Assembly (NCBI GenBank): GCA_037481835.1
Contig: JBBFKW010000012.1
Location: 46,695-110,694, forward strand
Direction: 5' to 3'
Source: Desulfosoma sp.
GTDB taxonomy: Bacteria > Desulfobacterota > Syntrophobacteria > Syntrophobacterales > DSM-9756
DNA: 64,000 nucleotides
Positions 38,855 through 49,019 of the stretch are shown here, one piece after another. The notes beneath the pieces are model-generated. The model worked only from the letters and a program-made list of their open reading frames with translations. It did not search any database and was not told the DNA's origin. The stretch's first letter is position 1; the number at the start of each line of letters is the position of its first letter. The position numbers were made by a program, and so were the translations under genes.

Positions 38855-40639
38855 GTGACCACATCGGATGCGGCAACACGCATTAAACAGGCTGTGGACG
38901 TCTTGGATCTCATCGGGAGCGCCGTCCCGCTGAAGCGGGTCGGCACCCGTTACGTGGGCCTGTGCCCGTTTCACCGTGAAAAGACGCCCTCTTTCCAGGT
39001 GGACGCCTCGGCGGGGCTTTTCTATTGTTTCGGGTGCGGGGCCGGAGGTGACGTGATCACCTTTACCATGCGCCACTGGAATCTCACCTTCCCGGAAGCC
39101 GTCAAATACCTGGCCGACCGCTATCATGTGCCGCTCCCAGAGACTCTCTTAGGGCCTTCCAAAGAAAAGCCCGAAGTGCTCACGGCGCTCTCCCGAACCT
39201 TGGAAATCGCGTGCGATTTTTTCGCCAGCCGCCTGCACCACCCGGAACAAGGCCGAACGGCTCGGGATTATATCCAAAAGCGAGGCCTGCCCCCCGACCT
39301 AGTCCGGTCGCAGCGCCTCGGATACGCCCCTCAGGGCTGGGATTCGCTCCTGCGGCATCTCAAATCCAAGGGGATCGACCCCGAAACGGCCGTCCGCTCG
39401 GGACTCGTCGTGCGTTCCGATAAGGGCACCTTTTACGACCGGTTTCGACATCGGCTCATGTTTCCCATCTTGGCTCCGGACGGCTCCCTCGTGGCCTTCG
39501 GCGGCCGCAGTCTGGACGGCACGGAACCCAAATACCTCAACAGCCCGGAAACGGACGTCTACCACAAAGGCCGAACTCTCTACCAGTACACCACGGCTCG
39601 GGAGGCTTGCCGGGACGCGCGCCAGGTGCTCCTGGTGGAAGGATACATGGATGCGCTCGCATTCCACGCCCAGGGCTTTTACCGCGTCGTCGCCACCCTC
39701 GGCACCGCCCTTACCCCCCACCAAGTGCGCCTCCTCCAGCGCTTGGCCGATGAGGTCGTTCTCGTCTACGACGGCGACGCTTCAGGTCAGAAAGCCATGC
39801 TTCGGGCCGTGCCGCTTTTTTTGCAGCAGGGACTTGCCGCCAGCTGCCTGACCCTGCCGGCCGGCATGGACCCGGATGATTATCTGAGAACCCACGGCCT
39901 GCAGGCCTTTCTCGAATGTCTTCCCACGCGCCGGGAAATCGCAACCTTCGCCGTGGACGCCATCGCCCGGACATGGGACGGCACGGTTCAAGATAAAGTC
40001 CGGGTCATCAAGGAGCTGGAAAGCCTTGTGGGAGAAGTTCGGGAGGTCATCGTGCGGGACGAAATGATACGGCTCCTTGCGCAGAAGCTTTCCCTTCCCG
40101 AAGCGGTGGTGCACAGCCATTTTGCCGGATCCGGCCGCAGGGTTCCAAGCGCGCGGCGGACAATCCGTGCCCCAGGAGCCCTCACGAGGGCTACGGCAGG
40201 AGACGTCCCGTCGGTGGAAGAAACCGTGGTGCGCTTGATCCTCCAATACCCCCGTCTTGCCAGGGACGCCATGGCCCTGGGGCTTCTCGACCTCGTGGAA
40301 CCCTCTCCCATGGCCGCCCTTCTCGAGGCGATGCTCGCTCAGGCGCAACAGGATCCCTCCGAAGACTTCTCCTTGGCCTCTGTGGTTTTCCCCGACGAAC
40401 AAACTCAGACGCTCCTGGCGCGCCTCATGATGGAAAAAGACGACAACCCCCTGAATGAAGAGGATGCGCGGCTTGTCTTGGAAGAAAGAATCCAGAGCTT
40501 GGTCAAGCGCCGCCGAAAAAAGAGACTTGCAGAACTTCGAACGGCTCTCGCTCATGCCGACAAATCGGGCGATGCGCAGGCTCGAAAAAAATTGCTGGAA
40601 GAATACCAAGCCCTTTGCGCGGCCGAAAGAAGGGGTTAA
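38855..40639 (+). CDS. dnaG: DNA primase
   Basis: CPFHREKTPSF, CFGCG, YDRFRHRLMFPI, KYLNSPET, VEGYMD, YDGD and MDPDD motifs. Confidence 0.96.
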   Translation: MTTSDAATRIKQAVDVLDLIGSAVPLKRVGTRYVGLCPFHREKTPSFQVDASAGLFYCFGCGAGGDVITFTMRHWNLTFPEAVKYLADRYHVPLPETLLGPSKEKPEVLTALSRTLEIACDFFASRLHHPEQGRTARDYIQKRGLPPDLVRSQRLGYAPQGWDSLLRHLKSKGIDPETAVRSGLVVRSDKGTFYDRFRHRLMFPILAPDGSLVAFGGRSLDGTEPKYLNSPETDVYHKGRTLYQYTTAREACRDARQVLLVEGYMDALAFHAQGFYRVVATLGTALTPHQVRLLQRLADEVVLVYDGDASGQKAMLRAVPLFLQQGLAASCLTLPAGMDPDDYLRTHGLQAFLECLPTRREIATFAVDAIARTWDGTVQDKVRVIKELESLVGEVREVIVRDEMIRLLAQKLSLPEAVVHSHFAGSGRRVPSARRTIRAPGALTRATAGDVPSVEETVVRLILQYPRLARDAMALGLLDLVEPSPMAALLEAMLAQAQQDPSEDFSLASVVFPDEQTQTLLARLMMEKDDNPLNEEDARLVLEERIQSLVKRRRKKRLAELRTALAHADKSGDAQARKKLLEEYQALCAAERRG

Positions 40640-40674
40640 AGGTTTAGAGAACCCACCGAAGGAGTCAGCGACCT

Positions 40675-42471
40675 ATGACGGAAGAGTCCAAGAAGCATTC
40701 CGAAGAAACCTCCCAAAAACGGCCCGGACTGGAAGACCTTAAAAGATTGATCAGCGCCGGCAAGGAAAAGGGCTACCTGACCTACGACGAGCTCAACGAA
40801 GTCCTGCCCGATGATCTGGTGACGCCGGAAAAGCTGGACGACATGATGATGATCTTCGATGAGATGAACATCGAGATCGTCGATTCGGACCAACAGGTCA
40901 AGGTGGTCAAGGAACGCACCAGCGACGACGAAGTGGAAGAAGACGACGGCGAAGAAGAAGCCGCTCTGGATGTGGACGCGGAAGGCCGGGTCACCGATCC
41001 GGTCAAGATGTATTTGCGGGAGATGGGGCAGGTGTCCCTGCTCACCCGGGAAGGCGAAGTGGAAATCGCCAAACGCATCGAAGCGGGGGAGCGGGAGGTC
41101 TTTAACGCCCTAATGGAGTCGTCCCTCGGGGTGGAAGAGATCCTTTCCATCAAGGAGGATTTGGAAAGCGGACGCACCAAGATCCACGAAGTGCTCATCG
41201 CCAGCGAAGATGAAATGCCCGAGGAAGAAAAGGAACTGCTGCGACACAAGGTCATCGACATTTTGGAGCAGGTCAAGAGCCTGGACGCCGAAGTTCGGCA
41301 AAAGCAGGTGCGTCTCATTTCCGAAGACCTTCAGCCTGCGGAAAAAGACCTGTTGACGGCGGAGGTTCAAGCCAAAAAGGAACAGATCGTCAGCCTCCTC
41401 AAGAACCTCCAGCTGGACAAGCACCAGATCGACCGCATCGTGGCCAAGCTCCGATCCTACCTGGAATCCATCGAGCAAGCGGAAAAGGACCTGGAACACT
41501 GTCTGCTGGTCACCGGAAAACCTTTGACGGAGCTGCAGCGATGGATTGAGGAGATGGATCGAGACGAGGCCGAGCTGCGCGCGCACGCGGCCCGTCTCGG
41601 CATGTCGCGGGAAGACCTTGTGGCCCTCATTCGGCGCGCCGTTCAAGCCCGGGAACAGATCACGGCTTTCGAGATGAAGGCCAAGATGGATTCCAAAAGC
41701 CTTCGGCTCATCCTGAGGAAGGTGGAAGACGGCATGGCCCGGGCCAAACAGGCCAAGAGCGAGCTTATCGAGGCCAACCTGCGATTGGTGGTCAGCATCG
41801 CCAAGAAATACACCAATCGCGGCCTCCAGTTCTTGGACCTCATTCAAGAAGGCAACATCGGGCTCATGAAAGCCGTGGACAAATTCGAATATCAGCGGGG
41901 CTATAAGTTCAGCACTTATGCAACCTGGTGGATTCGCCAGGCCATCACGCGGGCCATCGCCGACCAAGCCCGAACCATCCGCATCCCCGTGCACATGATC
42001 GAAACGATCAACAAACTCATCCGCACCTCCCGCTACTTGGTCCAGGAACTGGGCCGGGAACCCACTCCGGAGGAAATCGCGGAACGAATGGATTTTCCTG
42101 TGGACAAGGTCCGCAAGGTGCTCAAGATCGCCAAGGAACCCATCAGCTTGGAAACCCCCATCGGCGAAGAAGAAGACAGTCACTTGGGCGATTTTATCGA
42201 AGACCGCCGCGTCACATCGCCTGTGGATGCGGTCATCAATTTGAACCTCAGTGAACAGACGCGAAAGGTCCTGGCGACCCTGACCCCTCGGGAGGAGAAG
42301 GTGCTGCGGATGCGCTTCGGCATCGGAGAAAAATCCGACCACACCCTGGAAGAAGTGGGGCAGGATTTTCACGTCACCCGGGAACGCATCCGTCAGATCG
42401 AAGCCAAGGCACTGAGGAAACTTCGACACCCCAGCCGCCGCAAGGAACTCAAAAGCTTTATCGAAACATGA
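40675..42471 (+). CDS. rpoD: RNA polymerase primary sigma factor
   Basis: [39 protein letters not shown] and [20 protein letters not shown] motifs. Confidence 0.98.
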   Translation: MTEESKKHSEETSQKRPGLEDLKRLISAGKEKGYLTYDELNEVLPDDLVTPEKLDDMMMIFDEMNIEIVDSDQQVKVVKERTSDDEVEEDDGEEEAALDVDAEGRVTDPVKMYLREMGQVSLLTREGEVEIAKRIEAGEREVFNALMESSLGVEEILSIKEDLESGRTKIHEVLIASEDEMPEEEKELLRHKVIDILEQVKSLDAEVRQKQVRLISEDLQPAEKDLLTAEVQAKKEQIVSLLKNLQLDKHQIDRIVAKLRSYLESIEQAEKDLEHCLLVTGKPLTELQRWIEEMDRDEAELRAHAARLGMSREDLVALIRRAVQAREQITAFEMKAKMDSKSLRLILRKVEDGMARAKQAKSELIEANLRLVVSIAKKYTNRGLQFLDLIQEGNIGLMKAVDKFEYQRGYKFSTYATWWIRQAITRAIADQARTIRIPVHMIETINKLIRTSRYLVQELGREPTPEEIAERMDFPVDKVRKVLKIAKEPISLETPIGEEEDSHLGDFIEDRRVTSPVDAVINLNLSEQTRKVLATLTPREEKVLRMRFGIGEKSDHTLEEVGQDFHVTRERIRQIEAKALRKLRHPSRRKELKSFIET

Positions 42472-42548
42472 AAGACTCAGGCGGCACGCCGCGTGCCCCG
42501 CGCGCCGTCTGGAAAAATCATGGGCTCGGCGAAACTTTTGAGGATTTC

Positions 42549-43481
42549 CTAGACAATGAGGACCACATCGAGGGCTTCGGCCGCTTCGACGGCCCCTTCG
42601 GTGCGGTCCTGCCCCACCGCAACGCCGATGGTCTCCAGCCCGTAAGCCCGTCCGATGACCGCCGCCCGTCGCGCGGCCCGTTCCACGTCATGGCGATCCG
42701 CCACAACCGAAACCTCCGTCGCTAAGAGCACTTCACGGGTCTTGTCGTGGCGCAGGCGCCCGCGCACCACCAGATCGATCACAATGGCGTCGTCTCGTTC
42801 GGATTCGTTGATCTTCCCTTCTTCGAAAGCGTCTTCCAAGGCGTCGGCAAGCTGTTCGTGGGCAACGACCCGTGCCCGGGAGATGAGCCGCCCAAGGTAA
42901 GCCGCGGCATTTTCCCGCACTTTGCGTTGGAAGTTGTCGCCCTTGAGCTCTCCCACGTCCGTCTTGAGCTTGGCCACATCCTCCTTGAGGATTGCCACAT
43001 CTTCCTTAAGGATCGCCACGTCCTGCTTGAGAACGTCCACGTCTTGTTTGAGAACCGCCACCTCTTGTTTGAGAATGGCGACGTCTTGTTTGAGAACGGC
43101 GACGTCTTCCTTGAGTACAGCCACATCTTCTTTAAGAACGGCTACATCTTCCTTGAGAACGGCCACGTCCTCTTTAAGAACAGCCACGTCTTCCTTGAGA
43201 ACGGCCACATCTTCTTTGAGAACGGTCACATCTTCCTTGAGAACGGTCACGTCCTCTTTAAGAACAGCGACGTCTTCCTTGAGGCCATGGACGTCCCCTT
43301 CGATGCGGTCGACCCGGTCCACAAGGGGCTTGAATTCTTCTTGACGGAACCGCTCAAAAGCTGCGGGCAAAGCCAGAAGTTCTTCCGTGAGGATCAACCG
43401 GCGGAGCTCTTCCTTCCATTCCGGCTGATCCTTTAGGATTCGAATGAGGTCGTGAATCGTATCGATTTGGTAGCCTGACAT
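42549..43481 (-). CDS. Heptad-repeat coiled-coil protein with a C-terminal globular, possibly PD-(D/E)XK-like, domain
   Basis: GAGGAG RBS; N-terminus DLIRILKDQPEWKEELRRLILTEELLALP; 16 LKEDVAV-type heptads; C-terminus DLVVRG...TEVSVVADRHDVERAARRA. Confidence 0.85.
   Translation of the reverse strand: MSGYQIDTIHDLIRILKDQPEWKEELRRLILTEELLALPAAFERFRQEEFKPLVDRVDRIEGDVHGLKEDVAVLKEDVTVLKEDVTVLKEDVAVLKEDVAVLKEDVAVLKEDVAVLKEDVAVLKEDVAVLKQDVAILKQEVAVLKQDVDVLKQDVAILKEDVAILKEDVAKLKTDVGELKGDNFQRKVRENAAAYLGRLISRARVVAHEQLADALEDAFEEGKINESERDDAIVIDLVVRGRLRHDKTREVLLATEVSVVADRHDVERAARRAAVIGRAYGLETIGVAVGQDRTEGAVEAAEALDVVLIV
42948..43283 (-). repeat. Intragenic tandem repeat, 16 x 21 bp
   Basis: 336 bp of imperfect units such as CTCAAGGAAGACGTCGCCGTT, encoding LKEDVAV heptads. 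Confidence 0.93.
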
Positions 43482-43652
43482 GACGCTCCTCCTCGCGCTT
43501 TTGCCCATTGATAACACGAGCCGACCCACGAGGAAAGAGTTTCCCATGCCCTGAGGAGCTTGTCAGACAACGGGTAGTCCGCCACGTTCGTGTGAGAATC
43601 GAGCGCAAGATCTCAGAAAGTCGGAATTTCTTGGTTTGTTGTGTCGTCACAG

Positions 43653-43766
43653 CCGGGTGTGTGTTGGGGTGAGCGAAGCGAACCCCAACCTACATGTCGT
43701 CGGCCTAAATCATTAGACAAATTCGTAGGTTGGGGTGAGCGAAGCGAACCCCAACACACATCCCGG
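43653..43766. repeat. REP doublet (REPIN-like) between co-oriented genes
   Basis: GTTGGGGTGAGCGAAGCGAACCCCAACCTAC (43663-43693), 31 nt spacer, GTAGGTTGGGGTGAGCGAAGCGAACCCCAAC (43725-43755); outer inverted arms CCGGGTGTGT/ACACATCCCGG. Confidence 0.88.
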
Positions 43767-43813
43767 ACGCGCTCCTGAGGGCGTCATGGACGACGGGGGC
43801 CACGGTCCCGCCC

Positions 43814-45178
43814 TCAAGTGCCGATCTTTTTGGAAAGCACGCGGGCGGCGATGATCACGGGGTCCCACAACGGTGAAAAAGGCGGCGCATACCCCAGATC
43901 CAGTTCGCTCACGTCTTGCGCCGTAAGGCCTCCCGTAATTGCGGCGGCCACCACGTCAATACGCTTTGCCGATCCCGTCTCCCCAACGATTTGTCCGCCC
44001 AGGATTTTTCCTGTCCGTTTCTCCGCCAAAAGCTTCACATGAATCGGGCCGCTTCCCGGAAAGTAGCCGGCCTTGGTTCGGCTCTCGATGGTTTCCGCAA
44101 CATAGTCCCAGCCCAATTCCTGCAGTTCCCTTTCCTGGAGGCCCGTCCGAGCCACTTCCAAGGAGCAGATTTTGGTCACGGCCGTTCCCAGCACGCCGTT
44201 CATCACGGCCCGACCGCCGGCGATATTGGTTCCGGCCACCCTCCCGTGTCGGTTGGCAACGGTTCCCAAGGCCACGTAGAACGGTTTTCCCGTGATGAAG
44301 TGAAAAGATTCGGCGCAGTCGCCCGCGCCCCACACACCCTCGACCGGCGTCGCCATGCGTCGGTCCACGCGAAGAGCCCCCCGCACCCCCAGCGGAATGC
44401 CCGCCTCGACGGCCAGATCCGTGTTGGGCCGAACGCCCAAACCGAGCAAGGCGATGCCCGCGGGATATGTCCCCTTGTCGGTAACGACCGCGGTCAGCAG
44501 GCCGTCTTTCGTTTCAAATCCTTCCAGGGACTCTTCCAAATGGAGGGTCACGCCTTTGGCTCGAAGGGCATCCGCCACAAAGGCCGCCATGTCGGGATCC
44601 AAGGTGGCCATCACCTGAGGGGCTTTCTCGATGAGGCGTACATTCAGGCCCAAGAGCAGAAAGGCTTCGGCCATTTCCAGGCCGATATACCCCCCTCCCA
44701 CCACCACGGCGTGGCGGGGCTTGAGCGTCTCCAGGGCCTTGCGGACCCGAAGGCCGCTTTCCAACGTGTGCACGCCAAAAACGCCCCGGGCGTCGTGACC
44801 GGGCACTTTGGGAATGATGGGCCGAGCCCCTGTGGCGATGAGGAGATCATCGTAGGGTTCCCACCATTGTCGACCCGAATCCAGGTGCACCACGTGGACG
44901 CGCCGAGCCGTCGGGTCCACGGCAATGACTTCATGGCGCGTGCGCACATCGATGTTTTGCCCGGCTTTAAAGGCTTCGGGGGACCGCGCCACGAGCTTTC
45001 GGTCGTCGTCGACAAGCCTGCCGACGTAGTAGGGAATGCCTCATGCGGAATAAGAAGTATGAGGACTCCTTTCGAAGACGAGAATCTCCAAATGGGGATC
45101 CATCCGGCGCGCCACGGATGCGGCGCTCATGCCCGCCGCATCCCCTCCGATCACGACCATCCGTTTGCCTGCCGCCAT
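43814..45178 (-). CDS. CoA-disulfide reductase/NADH oxidase-family flavoprotein; predicted selenoprotein (Sec46 from in-frame TGA at 45043-45041), 454 aa
   Basis: From ATG 45178: MAAGKRMVVIGGDAAGMSAAS...HTSYSA-TGA-GIPYYVG, continuing in frame into the 392-aa ORF (IATGA, VVGGGYIGLEMAE, WGAGDC, LDLGYAPPFSP). The TGA occupies the catalytic Cys position. Confidence 0.9.
45008..45043 (-). promoter_or_regulatory. Putative bacterial SECIS element
   Basis: UGA, 15 nt, then a 7-bp stem GUCGGCA/UGUCGAC with loop GGCU. The loop starts with G, 22 nt after the UGA. Confidence 0.72.
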
Positions 45179-45503
45179 CCCGTGTCCTCCCAACCTTGTC
45201 ATTTCCTGTTTGCGGCTTCATTTCTCTTTTGATTTTCAAACACTTTGACCCATTCCAAGCCGTGAATTCAAGGGGGGACGACTTTTTTTCAAAATTCGAA
45301 AAAAAGTGCTTGGCTTTTGTCTCAGGACCTGTTACAAGCCTTTTACGTTGATGGGAACCCAGAGGGGGTTCTCAAATTTCAGATTCTTGTACGCACGTTG
45401 CGGTTCGCTCTTTGGTCCCACCGAGTGTCCGGCTTTTCCGCAGGCAACCTCGAGTTCCAAAGCATCACCCGGCATGCAGTACAGAACACAAGGAGTCAGA
45501 TTT

Positions 45504-45704
45504 ATGATGCAGGGTCAAGTGAAGTGGTTTAACGAGAAGAAGGGTTTTGGTTTTATCGAAGCACAAGGCGCCGGGGATGTGTTTGTCCACTATTCCGGTA
45601 TTGAAGGTCGCGGTTTTCGGACCCTGACCGAAGGCGAAACGGTGACGTTCGAAATTTCGGACACTCCGAAGGGCCCCCAGGCCATTAATGTTCGCCGCGC
45701 TTAG
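45504..45704 (+). CDS. Cold-shock protein (CspA family), second paralog
   Basis: [22 protein letters not shown] and KGPQAINV motifs; AAGGAG RBS. Confidence 0.96.
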   Translation: MMQGQVKWFNEKKGFGFIEAQGAGDVFVHYSGIEGRGFRTLTEGETVTFEISDTPKGPQAINVRRA

Positions 45705-45727
45705 TCCTTTATAAGACGAAACGCCCC

Positions 45728-45768
45728 AACGCCCCGGAAGGCAAGCCCTCCCGGGGCGTTGTTTTTTT
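45728..45768 (+). terminator. Rho-independent terminator after the csp gene
   Basis: AACGCCCCGGAAGG-CAAGC-CCTCCCGGGGCGTT followed by GTTTTTTT. Confidence 0.8.
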
Positions 45769-45813
45769 GGACCGCATCCTTTCTCGGCAAGACATGGGGA
45801 AACCACGTTTTTC

Positions 45814-45843
45814 TTGACACTGAAGGGAGCTCATTTTTATAAA
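45814..45843 (+). promoter_or_regulatory. Putative sigma70 promoter of the tRNA
   Basis: TTGACA-18 nt-TATAAA, about 20 nt upstream of the tRNA. Confidence 0.6.
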
Positions 45844-45862
45844 CGTTCCCACCTTTGAGCAC

Positions 45863-45938
45863 GGGCCCATAGCTCAGTTGGTAGAGCCACCGGCTCATAA
45901 CCGGTCGGTCCCTGGTTCGAGGCCAGGTGGGCCCACCA
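45863..45938 (+). tRNA. tRNA with CAT anticodon, most likely tRNA-Ile2 (lysidine)
   Basis: 76-nt cloverleaf GGGCCCA...TGGGCCC-A-CCA; anticodon arm ACCGG-CTCATAA-CCGGT; T-loop GGTTCGAG. No initiator hallmarks; C4-G69/C5-G68 pairs and position downstream of rpoD favour Ile2. Confidence 0.93.
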
Positions 45939-46144
45939 TTTTTTGACCGTGAAAGACGAGAGGCCATGGACGAACCCCATGTGGGACAAGGACGGGGCGG
46001 CTTGAGAGAGGGCCTTAAAGCGAGCTCCTGTGAACGACGGGTGCCGATAGGCCGGGGGGTGTTCCTCATGAGGAACACCCCCTTCGCTTTTCGTGATCCG
46101 CCCTCCCCGATTTTCCCTTATCCCCGCTCGAAAAGGTCTCACCC

Positions 46145-47044
46145 ATGAAGACCCCGGTCACCGTTGCCCATATCATCCAATGGATCGACGAGCTGGCTCC
46201 CTTCCGGTTTGCGGAGAGTTGGGACAATTGCGGCCTTCAGGTGGGCGATCCCCGGGCCGAAGTCTCCCGCGTTCTCGTCGCTCTGGACCCGTCCTTGCAC
46301 ACCGTGCGTGAGGCCGCTCGCAGGGCATGCCAGGTTCTGCTCACCCATCACCCGCTGTTTTCCAAGGCTGTGGCCACCCTGCCCCTGGACCGCCCGCTCG
46401 GCGCCGTGGTTGCCGAAGCCATCCGAAGCAACGTCCATATTGTGTCCGCCCACACCAACCTGGATGCCGCGGCGCTCCATGGAACCAACGACACTCTCGC
46501 GCGGGCCATGGGCTTGGCCATACTGGGCCCTTTGGAAGGAGACCCCGGCACGGTTCAAGACGCCCGCTATGCAGGCTTGGGTCTCTACGGCCTCTTAGCC
46601 GCAGCCTGTTCGGCGCTGGATTTGGCCGAACGCCTGGCACGGCTTGTGGGGATTCAAAGCGTTCGGCTCGTGGGAAACCCCGAACAGCCCGTCCAGAGGG
46701 TCGCCCTGTGTACGGGAAGCGGGATGAGTCTCCTCGGCCGCGCCATCCAAAACGACTGTCACGCTTTCATCACCGGGGACGTGAAATATCACGACGCCCA
46801 AGCGGCTTTGGACCAGGGGATCGTGGTCATCGATATCGGCCACTTCGCCTCCGAAGCCTTCGTGGTCGCCCCTCTGGCCGAAGCCCTTGCGGCTGCAGCC
46901 CGAAGCCGCGGCGCTGTTTTGGAAGTCATGGCGTCCACCGTGGAAAAAGACCCGTTCGTCACGGTGATTTTCAATGCACACAGGAGGGAATGCGTTGCAG
47001 GAGCAATTGAAATATCTGGTGGAACTGCAGATTCTGGAAAATAA
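46145..47044 (+). CDS. Nif3-like dinuclear metal center protein
   Basis: AESWDNCGLQVG, LTHHPL, SAHTNLD, CTGSG, ITGDVKYH and DIGHFASE motifs. Confidence 0.92.
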   Translation: MKTPVTVAHIIQWIDELAPFRFAESWDNCGLQVGDPRAEVSRVLVALDPSLHTVREAARRACQVLLTHHPLFSKAVATLPLDRPLGAVVAEAIRSNVHIVSAHTNLDAAALHGTNDTLARAMGLAILGPLEGDPGTVQDARYAGLGLYGLLAAACSALDLAERLARLVGIQSVRLVGNPEQPVQRVALCTGSGMSLLGRAIQNDCHAFITGDVKYHDAQAALDQGIVVIDIGHFASEAFVVAPLAEALAAAARSRGAVLEVMASTVEKDPFVTVIFNAHRRECVAGAIEISGGTADSGK

Positions 47045-47741
47045 GAAGGTGGAACTCCTGCGGCGACGCGAAGAGACGCCGCTCAAGATCGCCGCTCTGG
47101 ACAAGGAATTCGCCGCTTTTGAGAGCGAATATCTCCTGAAAAAGACCGAGCACGACAACGCCGTGCAGTTGCGCCGTGCAGAGGAAAAGGACATCGCGGA
47201 CCTGGAAGCGCGAATTCGGCGCAGCCGGCAAAAAGAACACGAGGTCAAGACCAATCGGGAGTATCATGCCCTGCTGAAGGAAATTCAGGACTTGCAAGAC
47301 GAGATCCGGGCACGTGAAGACCATGTGCTGGAACTTATGGAAAAAATCGAAAAGCTTGCCAAGGAACTGAAAAGCTTGGGCCAGGAGCTGGAAAAGCGCC
47401 GCAAGGAAGTGGAAGAAAAAAAGACGGCCCTGCAACGGGAAAGCGATCAGGTGGAAGACAAGATCGCCCATCTGGAACGCCTTCAAGCTGAAGTCCGCCA
47501 AAAAATCACCCCGTCCCTTTTCAGCAAGTGGGCTACCCTGGCGCAGCGCTACAAAGGGGTGGCCGTGGCGCCGGTCAACAACGGCGTCTGCCAGATCTGC
47601 CACCTGAACATTCCCCCTCAGCGGTTCATCGAACTGCTGCGGGACCAGGACATCCTCACCTGTCCCCATTGCCACCGTTTTATTTATCATCCGGAAAATG
47701 AAGCCTACAAAGCCGTCCACGACGATCTTAAAGACTTTTAG
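46995..47741 (+). CDS. Coiled-coil protein with C4-type zinc ribbon (DUF164 type)
   Basis: TTG start after GGAGGG; long coiled coil with KTNREYHAL; CQICH..CPHCHRF; usual neighbour of nif3. Confidence 0.88.
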   Translation: MQEQLKYLVELQILENKKVELLRRREETPLKIAALDKEFAAFESEYLLKKTEHDNAVQLRRAEEKDIADLEARIRRSRQKEHEVKTNREYHALLKEIQDLQDEIRAREDHVLELMEKIEKLAKELKSLGQELEKRRKEVEEKKTALQRESDQVEDKIAHLERLQAEVRQKITPSLFSKWATLAQRYKGVAVAPVNNGVCQICHLNIPPQRFIELLRDQDILTCPHCHRFIYHPENEAYKAVHDDLKDF

Positions 47742-47884
47742 GGCTTTGAGGCCGCTCCAGGCCCTTCCTCAAGGGCCTTTTCCCTCAGGGGCAAAAGGCT
47801 TGCCATTTCAGGTCCCCTGGACTATTTAGGGACCGCTCAGTTCGTGAAGTCGGGAACGCTATGTGACGCAGAGGAGAGCCGGCC

Positions 47885-48838
47885 ATGGCGACCTATGGTT
47901 TGAAGATCTTTTCGGGCAACAGCAACCTGGAGCTTGCTCAAAAGATCTGTGATTCTCTCGAAATCCCCTTGGGGCGCGCCTTGGTGACCACCTTTAGTGA
48001 CGGGGAAATCCGCGTGGAAGTCGGGGAAAACGTGCGCGGCGCCGATGTTTTCGTCGTGCAGTCGGGAGCTCCCCCCGTGAACGATCACTTGATGGAACTC
48101 CTTGTCATGATCGACGCCCTGAAAAGGGCCTCCGCCCGGCGCATCACCGCTGTCATCCCCTACTACAGCTATTCGCGCCAAGACCGGAAGAACAAGCCTC
48201 GCGTGCCCATCACCGCTCGGCTCGTGGCGGACCTCATCACCAGCGTGGGCACGGACCGCATCCTCACCATGGATCTCCATGCCGGGCAGATTCAGGGTTT
48301 CTTCGACATTCCCGTGGACAATCTTTACGCCTCGCCCATCCTGCTCCCCTACATTCGCGAGCACTTCAACCACAACCTGGTGGTCGTCAGCCCAGACGCG
48401 GGTGGCGTGCCGCGGGCCCGGGCTTACGCCCAAAGGCTCCCTGCGGGTCTGGCGCTGATCGACAAGCGCCGCGTGGACGTCAACCAAGCCGAGGTCATGA
48501 ACATCATCGGGGACGTGGCTGGCAAGACGGCGATTATTTTGGACGACATGGCGGATACGGCCGGCACCTTGGTGGAAGCGACCCGCGCCTTGCTGGATCG
48601 GGGCGCGAGCGAAGTCCACGCGTGCGTCACCCACCCCGTGTTGTCGGGGCCCGCCGTGGAACGGATTGAAAAAAGCGAGCTGAAAAGCCTCGTGGTCACG
48701 GACACGCTGCCGCTTCGACCCCAAGCCGCCCACTGCGACAAGATCAAGGTCGTCTCAGCAGCCCGCTTGTTCAGTCAGGCCATCAAGAGCATCCACAACG
48801 AGGACAGCATCAGCAGTCTTTTCGATATCCAGCATTAG
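47885..48838 (+). CDS. prs: Ribose-phosphate pyrophosphokinase
   Basis: [31 protein letters not shown] and DDMADTAGT motifs. Confidence 0.97.
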   Translation: MATYGLKIFSGNSNLELAQKICDSLEIPLGRALVTTFSDGEIRVEVGENVRGADVFVVQSGAPPVNDHLMELLVMIDALKRASARRITAVIPYYSYSRQDRKNKPRVPITARLVADLITSVGTDRILTMDLHAGQIQGFFDIPVDNLYASPILLPYIREHFNHNLVVVSPDAGGVPRARAYAQRLPAGLALIDKRRVDVNQAEVMNIIGDVAGKTAIILDDMADTAGTLVEATRALLDRGASEVHACVTHPVLSGPAVERIEKSELKSLVVTDTLPLRPQAAHCDKIKVVSAARLFSQAIKSIHNEDSISSLFDIQH

Positions 48839-49019
48839 GCCCTCGCCGTAAGGCCATGTTTTCCGAAGGAACGCGAGGATTTCGTCCCCCATTTCGGACA
48901 GGCCGGAACCCCGCGATCCCCAGAAAGATTTGTCTCACGGCTCTCGGGGGAAAAGCCCGGAGCCCCAGGCCTTGCAAAGCCTTGAGAAATCCCACGGTGC
49001 CCGAGCGGGAGGGTGCAGT

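Noticed and set aside
43814..45178. Pseudogene interpretation of the flavoprotein
   Set aside because: The only stop is a TGA exactly at the catalytic Cys, with a SECIS-like hairpin downstream; Sec recoding is more parsimonious, though unproven.
45863..45938. Initiator tRNA-fMet, or an integration site for an island
   Set aside because: It has a G1-C72 pair and lacks three consecutive G-C pairs in the anticodon stem; no duplicated tRNA 3' end or integrase was seen in the window.
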